Assembly (NCBI GenBank): GCA_963668675.2
Contig: CAXXMB010000002.1
Span: 352,001-416,000 of the forward strand
Reading direction: 5' to 3'
Origin: an uncultured Desulfatitalea sp.
GTDB taxonomy: Bacteria; Desulfobacterota; Desulfobacteria; Desulfobacterales; Desulfosarcinaceae
DNA length: 64,000 nt
The position numbers were made by a program, and so were the translations under genes. The notes beneath the pieces were generated by a model. That model was not told the DNA's origin and made no database searches. It worked only from the letters and a program-made list of their open reading frames with translations. Shown in pieces: positions 31,532-41,840 of the stretch. Each line of letters begins with the position of its first letter. The first letter of the stretch is position 1.

Positions 31532-31978
31532 ATGAAAAAAATTGCTGCAACCGTGCTCGTGCTGTGCATGCTCACAACTCCCGTCATTGCCGATACCATC
31601 TACATATGGACGGATGAAAAGGGCGTAAAACGCTTCAGCGACCAGCCCCCCGAAGGCGTCGAGAATTTCGAATCCGTAGATGGTACCGCCTCCAAGCCCG
31701 GAGAACAGACTCGGCCGGGCCTTGAACGGCTGGTCGAAGAGGTGAGACGGGAAAACGAGGAGGCCGACAGGCGAAGGCAGAAGCAGGAGATCCTGAGAAA
31801 AGCCGACGAGAAGCGCAAGGCCGAGGAGCAGAAAAATGCCCGAATTGAGGCGGAACGCGCCCGGCTGCAAAAGCAGATCGATGAGCTCAATAACCGTGCA
31901 CTGAGCCCAACCTACACCCAGGGTATGCGGGACAACCAGATCAGAATGATCCAGGAAAAAATCAACGCGCTGCAATAG
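31532..31978 (+). CDS. Secreted DUF4124-domain protein with coiled coil
   Basis: GGAGGAG RBS; signal peptide; IYIWTDEKGVKRFSDQPP. Confidence 0.85.
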   Translation: MKKIAATVLVLCMLTTPVIADTIYIWTDEKGVKRFSDQPPEGVENFESVDGTASKPGEQTRPGLERLVEEVRRENEEADRRRQKQEILRKADEKRKAEEQKNARIEAERARLQKQIDELNNRALSPTYTQGMRDNQIRMIQEKINALQ

Positions 31979-32299
31979 CAACAGGTGATGCACCCGTTGA
32001 TGATTCGCTCCCCTTTCCGGTCGCCGTTCACGATAAACGCGAGAATCGCAATAGCGGCGGCGTGGTTACGACCCAAACGGTAACAAACTGTAATTTCAAT
32101 TAATTTAACTTCCAAAAATATAAAGACCCTCTTGCCCTTCCGATTCGGTCACCATATTCCTATTGAAGCCATCCCCAAATGACGATAAATAAAATCTCTT
32201 TTTTGCAGCCAGCACGGGAAAGGGTTCATCGGGTATCGATGAATATCGATAACACTTGGGACATGCAATCCAATACTTTTTTCAGAGGCAGCTTAATCC

Positions 32300-32896
32300 G
32301 TGTACCAGTCGCTAAAAAACGCGATAAAAAAAATCTACGAGCGCTTCATCAAACTCAAGGGCGCCCGGCGCGAGATTGCATTGGGATTTGCTCTGGGGTT
32401 GTTCATCGGCATGAGCCCCTTTTTCGGCATGCACATCGCCATATCGGTCGTCATCGCCTCGATTCTGGGCTGGAGCAAAATCGCCGCAGCCGTTGGCGTC
32501 AACATTACCAACGTCTTCACCGCCCCCCTGATCTATCCGGTCACCTACTGGGTGGGCGCCAAGGTCACCGGCCTCGCGAAACATGTCGATTGGCCCACCT
32601 CGCCCGACTTTGAAGGGTTCCTGCAGCTTGTCAAAGAGTCGCCGCTGATCATTATCGACCTGTGTGTAGGCGGCGCCATTTTGGGCATCCCGATTGCGAT
32701 CGTAGGCTACTACCTCTCATTCAAGGCAATCACCGTCTACCGTCATCGTGTACGCGAACGCGTCCGCGAGCTTAGAATACAACGTAAGCTAAAGGCCAAA
32801 GCCAAAAAAAAGAACAAACAGAGAAAGTGCAAGCAGACAAAAACGCCCACCGCAAACAACACCCCATCCCCACCTCAGCAGGGCAATACCACATAG
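32300..32896 (+). CDS. DUF2062 membrane protein
   Basis: REIALGFALGLFIGMSPFFG, NITNVFTAPLIY...YWVG; Lys-rich tail. Confidence 0.85.
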   Translation: MYQSLKNAIKKIYERFIKLKGARREIALGFALGLFIGMSPFFGMHIAISVVIASILGWSKIAAAVGVNITNVFTAPLIYPVTYWVGAKVTGLAKHVDWPTSPDFEGFLQLVKESPLIIIDLCVGGAILGIPIAIVGYYLSFKAITVYRHRVRERVRELRIQRKLKAKAKKKNKQRKCKQTKTPTANNTPSPPQQGNTT

Positions 32897-32970
32897 GCGT
32901 TTCTGGACAACAGTCGTTTTATGGGTATTTTCTGAGGGTCAAACGTGACACCGTATAGACATCCCGAAGG

Positions 32971-33028
32971 CGTCATGCCGGCCGTGATCCGGGATGAAGA
33001 AGGCTGGCCTGCGTCATTACCGGTTTAA
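32971..33028 (+). repeat. Degenerate partial copy of miniature element family B (GTCATTCCGG hairpin)
   Basis: 46/58 identical, ungapped, to 62695-62752 by manual alignment. Confidence 0.65.
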
Positions 33029-33052
33029 GGATACGTTTCCCGGGAAACCACC

Positions 33053-33658
33053 ATGAAAAAGAAGAGTAGACGCTTCACCGAAGTGTTGATCGAAGCAAAC
33101 GGCCTTCACCGCGACGATTTCCAAAGTTGGGTTTTTGCGTCCGGTATGCTCTTTCATTCACCCGACAAGTGGTGGGGAGATCTCGGCCGGCGTGATTTCC
33201 CGCATGAGGGGATCGATTTTTGCCTTTACAAAGATGGGACCGGACAGACGGTTCATATCGGAAAAGATATCCATATTCCGGCGATGCACGACGGGGTGGT
33301 CAGAGCCCTCTTCCCAGATTATCTTGGCCATGCCGTGATCGTTGAGCACCATGACACGCAAGGTGAAGCAGGTCATCTTGTCTCGATCTATGCCCACACG
33401 GCACCAATGGATGACGTAAAAAGAGGTCTTCTGCTGAAGCAAGGGGACATCTTCGCCACCATAGCTGACACCCGTCAATCAAAAGCGAAGATTCTCCCGC
33501 ATCTACACTACACGGTTGGCCGCCCTTCGCCGGATCTTAACTGGGATCGATTCGTCTGGAATGACATGCGCAATCCCGAACGTTTTACGTTGCTCGATCC
33601 ACTGAACGCCATCGACTGGCCCTACCAAGTGGTGACGCAACTGGAAATGAAAAGTTGA
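33053..33658 (+). CDS. M23-family peptidase-like protein
   Basis: HEGID (HxxxD), YAH, PHLH motifs; no signal peptide visible. Confidence 0.8.
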   Translation: MKKKSRRFTEVLIEANGLHRDDFQSWVFASGMLFHSPDKWWGDLGRRDFPHEGIDFCLYKDGTGQTVHIGKDIHIPAMHDGVVRALFPDYLGHAVIVEHHDTQGEAGHLVSIYAHTAPMDDVKRGLLLKQGDIFATIADTRQSKAKILPHLHYTVGRPSPDLNWDRFVWNDMRNPERFTLLDPLNAIDWPYQVVTQLEMKS

Positions 33659-33665
33659 CCGTCGA

Positions 33666-34673
33666 ATGGATTCAATTACCCAAATAGCACTTGGAGCAGC
33701 AGTGGGGGAAGCCGTGTTGGGACGCCGCATCGGCAATCGTGCCATCTTGTGGGGCGGCATCTGCGGACTGTTTCCCGATCTGGATGTGCTGATTCCCTTT
33801 GGGGATGCCGTCAGGAATTTTACCTATCATCGCGGGTTCAGCCATTCGCTATTCGTTCTGTCCGCCCTTACCCCACTGGTCGTATGGTTGATCCTTAAAA
33901 TTCATCCGGGCACTCGCGAACACCGCAACAGGTGGTTTGTGCTGGTCTTTTTGGCGTTCATCACCCACATTCTGCTGGATTGCCTGACGGTTTACGGCAC
34001 ACAGATTCTGTGGCCATTGCCGACGCCACCGGTCATGTGGTCAACCATATTCATCATCGATCCGCTCTATTCGATTCCCCTGATAACAGGCGTGGTAGCC
34101 GCCCTGGTGATGTCTCGAAAGGCGGTTCGCGGCCATGGCTTCAACACCGTTTGCCTGGCACTGAGCACCCTCTACCTGGTGTGGAGTATTGGCGCCAAGC
34201 TTTACATCGACCAGAATGTCAGGCGATCACTATCGCAGCAATCTATTGAGTACCGGAGCTTTCTCACCGTACCGGCCCCATTCAACACCCTGTTATGGCG
34301 GGTTCTCGTCATGGATAACCACGGGTACTATGAAGGCTTCCGTTCCGTGTTGGATAACACCAGTGAGATCCGTTTCAAGCACTATCCCAGCGATGAAGCG
34401 CTTTTGGACGGCCTCGGCGACCATTGGCCGGTACAACGACTGCAGTGGTTCACGCACGGTTTTTACGCCGTCCAAAAACGGCATCGCGCCATCGTGATAT
34501 CCGATTTGCGAATGGGCCTGGAACCCTACTACGTCTTTCAATTCAAGATCGCAAATATAGGGAACCCACATCCTGTTCCCGCCAAAAGCGAGCGCTTCCG
34601 GACCGAACGAGGCATAGAGCGACTCAACTGGATCTGGCGACGCATCTGGAACGCCGATCCCGCCACGCAATAA
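33666..34673 (+). CDS. Membrane-bound metal-dependent hydrolase (YdjM family)
   Basis: MDSITQIALGA, PDLDV, HRGFSHSL, THILLD..T.YG, IFIIDP. Confidence 0.9.
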   Translation: MDSITQIALGAAVGEAVLGRRIGNRAILWGGICGLFPDLDVLIPFGDAVRNFTYHRGFSHSLFVLSALTPLVVWLILKIHPGTREHRNRWFVLVFLAFITHILLDCLTVYGTQILWPLPTPPVMWSTIFIIDPLYSIPLITGVVAALVMSRKAVRGHGFNTVCLALSTLYLVWSIGAKLYIDQNVRRSLSQQSIEYRSFLTVPAPFNTLLWRVLVMDNHGYYEGFRSVLDNTSEIRFKHYPSDEALLDGLGDHWPVQRLQWFTHGFYAVQKRHRAIVISDLRMGLEPYYVFQFKIANIGNPHPVPAKSERFRTERGIERLNWIWRRIWNADPATQ

Positions 34674-34772
34674 ATGCCGTGCTCTTCCAAACGTTCAATC
34701 GGATTCGACGCAAAGAGAGGCAAGCTCTACAGGTTCAGGAATAGATCAGCGCCGACAATCGCCGCCCAGCCG

Positions 34773-36407
34773 CTATGCAAAGCGCGCCAGTATGGTTTGA
34801 ATGTTGTCGTCCAGCGCCTGTTCGGTGTCGACGCGGATCAGGTGGGCGGCGTCGATCTCGTCCGGCGCCTCGTAGCGGGCTTTGATCGGCGCCAGGTGCT
34901 CGAGGCGGGCATCCGAAACCGATCGGCTGAGATCCTCGCGCGCTTCGAGCCGCTCGCGGATGAGCGTTTCGCGGCAGGTGCACTCCACAAACACGATACG
35001 CGCACGAAAATGGCCGGCCAACCGGCGGACGGCATCCCGTTGTTCCCGGCGGCCATAGGTGGCATCCAGCACAATCGAGCAGCCTTGCGCGACAGCTTCC
35101 TGAGCATGAAGCATCAGTTTACCGTAGATCAGGCCGGTGGCCTCCCTGGTGTAAGGGCCTTTGCCGAAAGGAACCGGGCCATCGCTACCGGACAGGGTCT
35201 TGCGGATGCGATCGGAGTTGTGCTGAGATACACCCAACGCTTTGGCCAGGGTGTCGGCCACCGTGCTCTTGCCGGTTGCGATCAGGCCGCAGACGACCCA
35301 AACCGTTGGGCAGCCGAAAACCGACGCATATTGGCGCGCCAGCTCCGTATAGCGGACCGTCTGGCCGATCAGGTCCACCCGTTCATCCTCAGCCAGATCC
35401 GGTTGCTTCAGTCGCAGACAGTTGACCTTGGCGCGCACCATGGCCCGGTAGCACTTGTAAAAGGCCAGCAGGTTGAAGGCGCTCAGATCGTTGGAATGGG
35501 TCAAATAGGAGTGGAAAAAGGCACGGGCGGCCTCCGGATACCCCAGGTAATCGAGGTCCATGCAGAGAAAGGCCAGGTCGCCCACGATGTCCACACAGCG
35601 AAAGCGTTCGTTGAATTCGATACAATCGATTATCTGTATCTGATCCGCGACGAAATAGATGTGACCGGCCCTCAAATCGCCGTGGGCGTCACGGATCTTG
35701 TGCGCCCTGATCCGCGCGTCGAAACGATCGCCGTGCTGCTCGAGAAAAGCGCGCGTCGACTGCTTCACCACCCCGTATGCCTGGGCGTCGAAAACAGATC
35801 CTGCGGATTCAGCCATCTGTTCGAAATTGTCTTCGCAGTTTTGCGCGATCACCGACAGGGTTCCCATGGTGTCGATCTCGCCTCCGGTGGCCGCATCTTC
35901 GTAAAACGCGACGAGCATACGGGCCAGCCGGTCCAACGCGTCGGCCGCCAAGGTGCCGCTGCGCAACCGCCGTTTCAACGTCTCATCAAACGGCAACTCT
36001 CTCATCACCACCGCATATTCGACCACCGTACCCGGCCCGTCGAGGCGGTAGTCTCCATCGTCCACGGTGATCCCGACGACCCCCTGGTAGACATCCCTGC
36101 TGAGACGCTGGTTCAACGCCATCTCTTGGCGACAGTAGTGCTCGCGCAACGCCAGGGTCGAAAAATCGAGAAACCCGAGATTTACCGGCTTCTTGATCTT
36201 GTAGACCCTGCTCCCGGTCAGAAAAACCAGGGAGATATGGGTCTCCTCCTTACGGATGGCCGTGACATCGTGGGGATAAAACGATGCCGTTTGCATAACG
36301 CGGCGCAATGCCCTGATATGATCTTGCAAGACGCTCCCTCTCTGAACATCCGTCAGCCGCCCGCCCCTGCCTCCCAGGTGGCTAGCGCCGGACTGATTCG
36401 TGAACAT
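34773..36407 (-). CDS. Bifunctional aminoglycoside-phosphotransferase-like / P-loop kinase (AAA_33) protein
   Basis: ETHISLVFL..VYKIKKPV, HGDLR, DCIEFN, then GLIATGKST, SDRIRK, DAT. Start uncertain. Confidence 0.88.
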   Translation of the reverse strand: MFTNQSGASHLGGRGGRLTDVQRGSVLQDHIRALRRVMQTASFYPHDVTAIRKEETHISLVFLTGSRVYKIKKPVNLGFLDFSTLALREHYCRQEMALNQRLSRDVYQGVVGITVDDGDYRLDGPGTVVEYAVVMRELPFDETLKRRLRSGTLAADALDRLARMLVAFYEDAATGGEIDTMGTLSVIAQNCEDNFEQMAESAGSVFDAQAYGVVKQSTRAFLEQHGDRFDARIRAHKIRDAHGDLRAGHIYFVADQIQIIDCIEFNERFRCVDIVGDLAFLCMDLDYLGYPEAARAFFHSYLTHSNDLSAFNLLAFYKCYRAMVRAKVNCLRLKQPDLAEDERVDLIGQTVRYTELARQYASVFGCPTVWVVCGLIATGKSTVADTLAKALGVSQHNSDRIRKTLSGSDGPVPFGKGPYTREATGLIYGKLMLHAQEAVAQGCSIVLDATYGRREQRDAVRRLAGHFRARIVFVECTCRETLIRERLEAREDLSRSVSDARLEHLAPIKARYEAPDEIDAAHLIRVDTEQALDDNIQTILARFA

Positions 36408-36780
36408 AGCGACAATATAGCGACAAGCCACGGTTGACTCAATTAAAAACCGGCCGCATCGCTTTTTGAACCATGAACGGACTCGAACGTATACCAAACA
36501 GGGAAGCACTTTACTTGTCTCATTTTTTGATGAGAAGTTCTTCACGATTGCAAATAGATTGCGCATGTCTATAAACTCTTCTTTTTCCCATATGCCCGCG
36601 AGCGCCTACCATCGAACAGCATTGGCAAACGGCTCAGGCGAAAACGTTAGCGATTCTGAATCTATGATAGAAACGAACAGGAGACCGTTTACCGGAATCG
36701 TTGACAAGCGCGATGGAGAGATCATATAGGTCAGTTGCATTCTCCGGAAGTGCTAACGCCGAAAAAGGGACATCAACAGA

Positions 36781-38388
36781 ATGAATTCAAACCGTCACAA
36801 TGGAGGTGATCGACCCCAAGCGGACGAACCCCTTCGACCCGACCTGGCTGAAGTGATCGAAAGACACGCATTCGGTCTCGATGAAAACAGACCCGACGCA
36901 GTTGAGAAACGCCGTGACAAAAACCAGCGTACTGCAAGGACCTACGTCAACGAACTCTTTGACTCCGGTTCTTTTATCGAATATGGCGCATTGGCCGTTG
37001 CCGCTCAACGTTCTCGCCGCACAGAAGAAGAACTTTTTCGAAAAACCCCGGCAGACGGTCTGATTAGCGGCGTCGGACTGGTGAACGGAACGATTTTCGA
37101 AGAGTCCAGGGCCCGCTGCATGGTCCTGGCATACGATTACTCGGTGCTGGCAGGGACGCAGGGGTTTTTCAACCACAAAAAAATCGACCGGATGCTCAAA
37201 CTCGCATACGACCGCAAAGTTCCCGTGGTGCTTTTTGCCGAAGGCGGCGGGGGCAGGCCCGGTGACATCGACAAGGATCTGATCCGCTCAACCGGACTCG
37301 ACCTCCCCACGTTTACCAGCATGGGGCGCTTGAGCGGCCGTGTTCCGGTTGTGGGCATCGTCACAGGCTACTGCTTTGCCGGCAATGCCGTTCTGCTGGC
37401 ATGCTGCGATGTGATTATCGCCACCCGCAATTCCAACATCGGCATGGCTGGACCGGTGATGATCGAAGGCGGCGGACTCGGCAAATTTCGCCCGGAAGAG
37501 ATCGGCACCATCGAAGAGCAGACGGCTAACGGCGTGGTCGATATTGCCGTTGCCGACGACCGGGAAGCCATCGCCGCCGCCAAGTGCTACCTCTCCTATT
37601 TCCAGGGGTCGGTCTACCAATGGCAGTCACCCGACCAGACCCTGCTTCGCGACGTCATCCCGGAAAACCGCCGACGCGCCTATGATGTGAGAACCGTTAT
37701 TCGCGGCATCGCCGATACGGACTCGTTCCTCGAACTCCGCCCCGAGTTCAGTCTCGGGATGGTCACCGGTCTGATCCGCATCGAAGGCAAACCATTCGGC
37801 ATCGTCGCCAATAACTGCGCCCACATGGCCGGATCGATCGAAGCCGACGGCGCGGACAAAATGGCACACCATATCCAACTCTGCAATGCCCACGGCATCC
37901 CCGTCCTCAGCTTGTGCGACACGCCGGGCTTCATGGTGGGGCCCGAAGCGGAGAAAAAAGCCCATGTCCGCCACTGCGGTCGCATGTTTGTCGCCGGAGC
38001 ACACGTCACCGTTCCCTACTTCACCATTATTCTACGCCGGGGATACGGCCTCGGAGCAATGGCCATGGCACGGGGTGGATTCCTCGATTCCGATTTTACT
38101 GTGGCCTGGCCCGGCGGAGAGTTCGGCGGAATGGGGTTAGAGGGAGCCGTCAGGGCCGGGTTTCGAAGGGAGCTGGAAGCCGTTGAAGATCCACAGGAGC
38201 GCCAAGCGCTCTATGATAAAATTCTGGCCGATCTCTACGAAAGGGGAAAAGCTGTCAATGTCGCCTCCCGACTGGAAATCGATGCGGTCATCGATCCGGC
38301 CGAAACGCGCAACTGGATCATGAAAGGATTGAGGCTGGCATCACCGCCATCATCTGGGCAGCAAGGGTATATGGTAGATCCCTGGTAA
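36781..38388 (+). CDS. Acyl-CoA carboxylase carboxyltransferase subunit
   Basis: YDYSVLAGTQG, AEGGGGRPGD, CFAGNA, GMAGP, CDTPGFMVG, MGLEGAV, IDPAETR. Confidence 0.92.
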   Translation: MNSNRHNGGDRPQADEPLRPDLAEVIERHAFGLDENRPDAVEKRRDKNQRTARTYVNELFDSGSFIEYGALAVAAQRSRRTEEELFRKTPADGLISGVGLVNGTIFEESRARCMVLAYDYSVLAGTQGFFNHKKIDRMLKLAYDRKVPVVLFAEGGGGRPGDIDKDLIRSTGLDLPTFTSMGRLSGRVPVVGIVTGYCFAGNAVLLACCDVIIATRNSNIGMAGPVMIEGGGLGKFRPEEIGTIEEQTANGVVDIAVADDREAIAAAKCYLSYFQGSVYQWQSPDQTLLRDVIPENRRRAYDVRTVIRGIADTDSFLELRPEFSLGMVTGLIRIEGKPFGIVANNCAHMAGSIEADGADKMAHHIQLCNAHGIPVLSLCDTPGFMVGPEAEKKAHVRHCGRMFVAGAHVTVPYFTIILRRGYGLGAMAMARGGFLDSDFTVAWPGGEFGGMGLEGAVRAGFRRELEAVEDPQERQALYDKILADLYERGKAVNVASRLEIDAVIDPAETRNWIMKGLRLASPPSSGQQGYMVDPW

Positions 38389-38403
38389 GAAAAACATACC
38401 CGG

Positions 38404-39654
38404 TTACAGGCGAAACAAGGTCGGTTTGTCGTCCACGCCGATGTCGATGCCGACAACGTCGCCGGTTTTAAACCCGATCCGCCGAATATGGTTGAGCATG
38501 AGGTCATGATTGGCGACGGACCAGAACACCGACCAGATGGGATTGCGGACCGTATCGATACCGTAAGCGTCATGCCCGCAAAGGTTGATGTGAAAGGCAT
38601 TTTTGCTGATCAAAGTGTCGGCTTCGGCGATAAAGGCATCCTGGAAGTATTGGTGACTGTATAAGGACTTGGTCAACTGCTGCTGCAATTCCGGCGTATC
38701 GTCCAGGTAGTGGTTCGCGATCTGATAAATCTCGGCCGAGGGTTCGATGGAAAGCGCCAGGATAGCAAAGCGCCGGTTGCGCATGGCAAAATGTTCCATA
38801 CTGCGCTCGTAGGCCTGGATCTGTTCCATCAGCGGGCCGATCTTTGTGGGCGGTTCGGCGCGATTCAGCACCAACTCCTCGCAGTGATCGATCACATCCA
38901 TATAAAACGCCTGGGTATCCATAACATAGAGCGGCCGTTCGCGGTAATTGCGGCGTTTGCGGATGCGCCGGATGCCGTCCAGCCGCACCGATCGCTTGTC
39001 TTCCTTGACCTCCAGAATTTCGACTTCGGAAATATCCTTGGCCTGCACCACGAAGATACGGTTGTCTTCACCGATGATAAATTCAATTTCGCAAGGAAAG
39101 CCAAGGCAACTCTGAATTTCCTTTGAAATGTCCAGCAGTTTACGATCGTGGGGCGTGCGGCTGATGAACGGATCACTGCGAACCTTGTGCACCCGATCCC
39201 GGCAATAGCCAAATTCCCAGTGATCCCACAATTTCTTGGCCATTACACTGGAGCCCTGGATGAACGGCATCACAATCACACCCATTTTTTCATAATCGAT
39301 CGTCGGCGCTCCCTCGAAATACTGCTGCCGCAAGATGGTAAGCCGCTTGGTGGTATGAGCATAACGGATCATGCGCTTGCGGGCGTACAAAATCCCGCCC
39401 AGATCCGCATAGGTCTCCAGCGAATCGAACGTCCCGGCCTTATAAAAAGATTCCTGGGGGTGGGCGCTACGGGCGATAACCTTATAACTCTCCCGGTGCT
39501 GCTCTAAAAACGACTTCAGGGCTTCAAAATTTTCGTTCTCGAAATCCTCGGACGGCACATAGATAAAATCAGGCACCACAAATCCGCATTCGCGCAATTT
39601 GGCCAGCAGTTGGGCTTTTTCAGGCAAAACAGGGGGCATCGAGCGCCTCTTCAT
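38404..39654 (-). CDS. Hypothetical protein with PEP/pyruvate-binding (PPDK N-terminal, ATP-grasp)-like domain
   Basis: KA..L..L...GFVVP, IARSA..E....AG.FDS, MGVIV, EIEF...IFVVQAK resemble the PPDK/PEP synthase nucleotide-binding domain. Confidence 0.7.
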   Translation of the reverse strand: MKRRSMPPVLPEKAQLLAKLRECGFVVPDFIYVPSEDFENENFEALKSFLEQHRESYKVIARSAHPQESFYKAGTFDSLETYADLGGILYARKRMIRYAHTTKRLTILRQQYFEGAPTIDYEKMGVIVMPFIQGSSVMAKKLWDHWEFGYCRDRVHKVRSDPFISRTPHDRKLLDISKEIQSCLGFPCEIEFIIGEDNRIFVVQAKDISEVEILEVKEDKRSVRLDGIRRIRKRRNYRERPLYVMDTQAFYMDVIDHCEELVLNRAEPPTKIGPLMEQIQAYERSMEHFAMRNRRFAILALSIEPSAEIYQIANHYLDDTPELQQQLTKSLYSHQYFQDAFIAEADTLISKNAFHINLCGHDAYGIDTVRNPIWSVFWSVANHDLMLNHIRRIGFKTGDVVGIDIGVDDKPTLFRL

Positions 39655-40004
39655 AGGCTGTTTGGGGCAATGGCCGCGTTCGGCCGACCAGAAACCATCT
39701 GAACATTGAACTTAAAAAATACGATTTTGGCTTGACTTGCGAAACGTATGAAGCCCAGGCCCGAAAGTCAATATCCAGGGTGAAACGCAAACAAAACAGT
39801 ATGGAGATGACTTCGCGTTGAATTCATCATGCATCCATAGAGACAGTCGGCAAACCAACGGATTTTCGCTTGCATTGGGTACCGCCTTGCCTATAGATAA
39901 ACACGATATCGAGGTGCCGCCCCAGCCCGACGATGTGCGTCTGGCGGCAAGCCTGCGGTGCGGCAGTCGGCCATTGGATCCAAAAACATGCAAGGCATTT
40001 TCCT

Positions 40005-40916
40005 ATGACCCAAGAGAGACTTTCCATCGAGGAGATACTGGCAGCTTTCAAATTCAACTACGGCGTTTACCAGCGTAAGATGGTGGATGCCGCCATCGAG
40101 CGGCAGGACGAAATCGTTCCCCGGCTGATCGAAATTCTACAGAGGGTGCTCGACGACCCGGATGCATATGTTGAAAATGAAGACCTTATGGATCACATCT
40201 ATGCCCTCATGCTGCTCGGCCACTTCAGGGCCGAGGCGGCACATGGGGTCATCGTCGATCTCTTCAGCATTTCCGACGTTATTCTGGATGATCTTTACGG
40301 GGACATCGTCACCGGCGATCTGCCTGCTATACTGGCCAACACCTGCGGCGGATCGCTCGAACGGATGAAAAGCATGGCCCTGAATACGGAGGTTGGTGAG
40401 TACGCGCGCCTGTCGGCCCTGGAGGGCATGGCTTACGCGGTTGCCGACGACATGTCCCTGCGGGACGAGGTGGTAGCGCTGTTCGGCTCCCTGTTCACCG
40501 GCCGGGAGGCCGATGAGGGCTCTGATTTCTGGGGGCTGCTGGCGAACACCGTTTGCGAGATATTCCCGGAAGAGAACATGCCGGTCATCGAACAATCATA
40601 CGAGGCTGGGCTGATCTCGCCGGACATGATCGATTTTAAAGATTTCAAACGCGCGCTGGAGGAGGGCCGGGAGACGACCCTCGACAAGCTTCTGGCCAAA
40701 CGGGAAGCATACGCTCTGGACGACCTGCACGCCAGCATGGCATGGTGGGCCTGTTTCGAGGGCGGAGATCACCTGCTCGCCCCCACCGGACCAACGGATC
40801 TGTTTCTCTCCGACACCTATGCCCCGGCCATGACCAAGCCCAAAAATCAGAACAAGGCTAAAAAGAAGAAGAAACGCAAGCAGGCGAAGGCATCCAAACG
40901 GAAAAACCGGCGTTAG
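40005..40916 (+). CDS. DUF1186-like helical protein with basic C-tail
   Basis: HIYALMLLGHFR, LYGDIVT.DLP.IL, EYAR..A, MAWWACF; tail KKKKKRKQAKASKRKNRR. Confidence 0.8.
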   Translation: MTQERLSIEEILAAFKFNYGVYQRKMVDAAIERQDEIVPRLIEILQRVLDDPDAYVENEDLMDHIYALMLLGHFRAEAAHGVIVDLFSISDVILDDLYGDIVTGDLPAILANTCGGSLERMKSMALNTEVGEYARLSALEGMAYAVADDMSLRDEVVALFGSLFTGREADEGSDFWGLLANTVCEIFPEENMPVIEQSYEAGLISPDMIDFKDFKRALEEGRETTLDKLLAKREAYALDDLHASMAWWACFEGGDHLLAPTGPTDLFLSDTYAPAMTKPKNQNKAKKKKKRKQAKASKRKNRR

Positions 40917-40950
40917 GTTGCACTATATTCTTCTGAACTATGGCGCCCTC

Positions 40951-41775
40951 TCATTTCCATATAATGGTTGCCGGCTTCCTCTCCGGAAGTCGGAAGTATT
41001 TGAATTTAGGATACCCTATCACCATTGTATAGAAATGAGCATGGGAATCAGGCAGGCCGATCACCTCTCTAAGCGGTTCGGAAAATTTCAACGCCCGGGT
41101 GATCAGCCCGAGCCAGCAGGTACCCAGGCCGCTGGCGGTCGCCATCAGCTCAAAGTAGGACAAGGCAATGGACAGATCCACGATTCCGTTGTCATAACCA
41201 GCCGGAGCAGAGGCGACAACAAGACACGGTGCACCCTGTGTGATAGAATCGATCCCGACCTCATATGCGTCAATGAACCTTGAAAAATAGGGCGGCATCT
41301 GCTTGCCGACATCCGATGCCAGCACCGCTTTCATCCACTCGACGGTCAGGTCCGCCACTGTTTTCAATTTGGTTTTGTCCGTGTGTACTGTCCAGGTGAG
41401 CAACTGCGAATTGCCTCCGGTGGGGGCATACCGGGCCGTATCGATAAGCGCCTGCAACGTTTCTCGATCCACCGGTTTATCCTTAAATCGCCGGGTGGAT
41501 CGTCTTGTCCTGAGAAACTGGGCTGCCTGCTCTTTGTTGATCATCAGCTCTTTTAAAATTTTGGGGCTGCTTTCCATGGGGATCTCTTCATGGTCGAGGG
41601 CATCATGAGGACAAACCGCCACACAATGGCCGCACCGCAGGCACGACTGGACACCCTGCGGAATCATCTGGGGGACGCTCTCCTTGTCTGCTTGTTTGAT
41701 TATGGCCGCCGGGCACTCTATTACGCAAAATCCATCTCTCTTGCATCTTGTTGCATCAATTCGTATCAGCGTCAT
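40951..41775 (-). CDS. Nitroreductase with N-terminal 2[4Fe-4S] ferredoxin domain
   Basis: CKRDGFCVIECP, CLRCGHCVAVCP, RRSTRRF, APTGGNSQ, GLGTCWLG. Confidence 0.92.
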   Translation of the reverse strand: MTLIRIDATRCKRDGFCVIECPAAIIKQADKESVPQMIPQGVQSCLRCGHCVAVCPHDALDHEEIPMESSPKILKELMINKEQAAQFLRTRRSTRRFKDKPVDRETLQALIDTARYAPTGGNSQLLTWTVHTDKTKLKTVADLTVEWMKAVLASDVGKQMPPYFSRFIDAYEVGIDSITQGAPCLVVASAPAGYDNGIVDLSIALSYFELMATASGLGTCWLGLITRALKFSEPLREVIGLPDSHAHFYTMVIGYPKFKYFRLPERKPATIIWK

Positions 41776-41840
41776 TATTTACCTCTTCAATGTGAAATGG
41801 GGTTGACCTTTTCGATATCCTACGGGCGTCGATGAAACGA

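Noticed and set aside
34674..36437. 587-aa plus-strand ORF
   Set aside because: Antisense shadow of the APH/AAA kinase gene; no motifs of its own.
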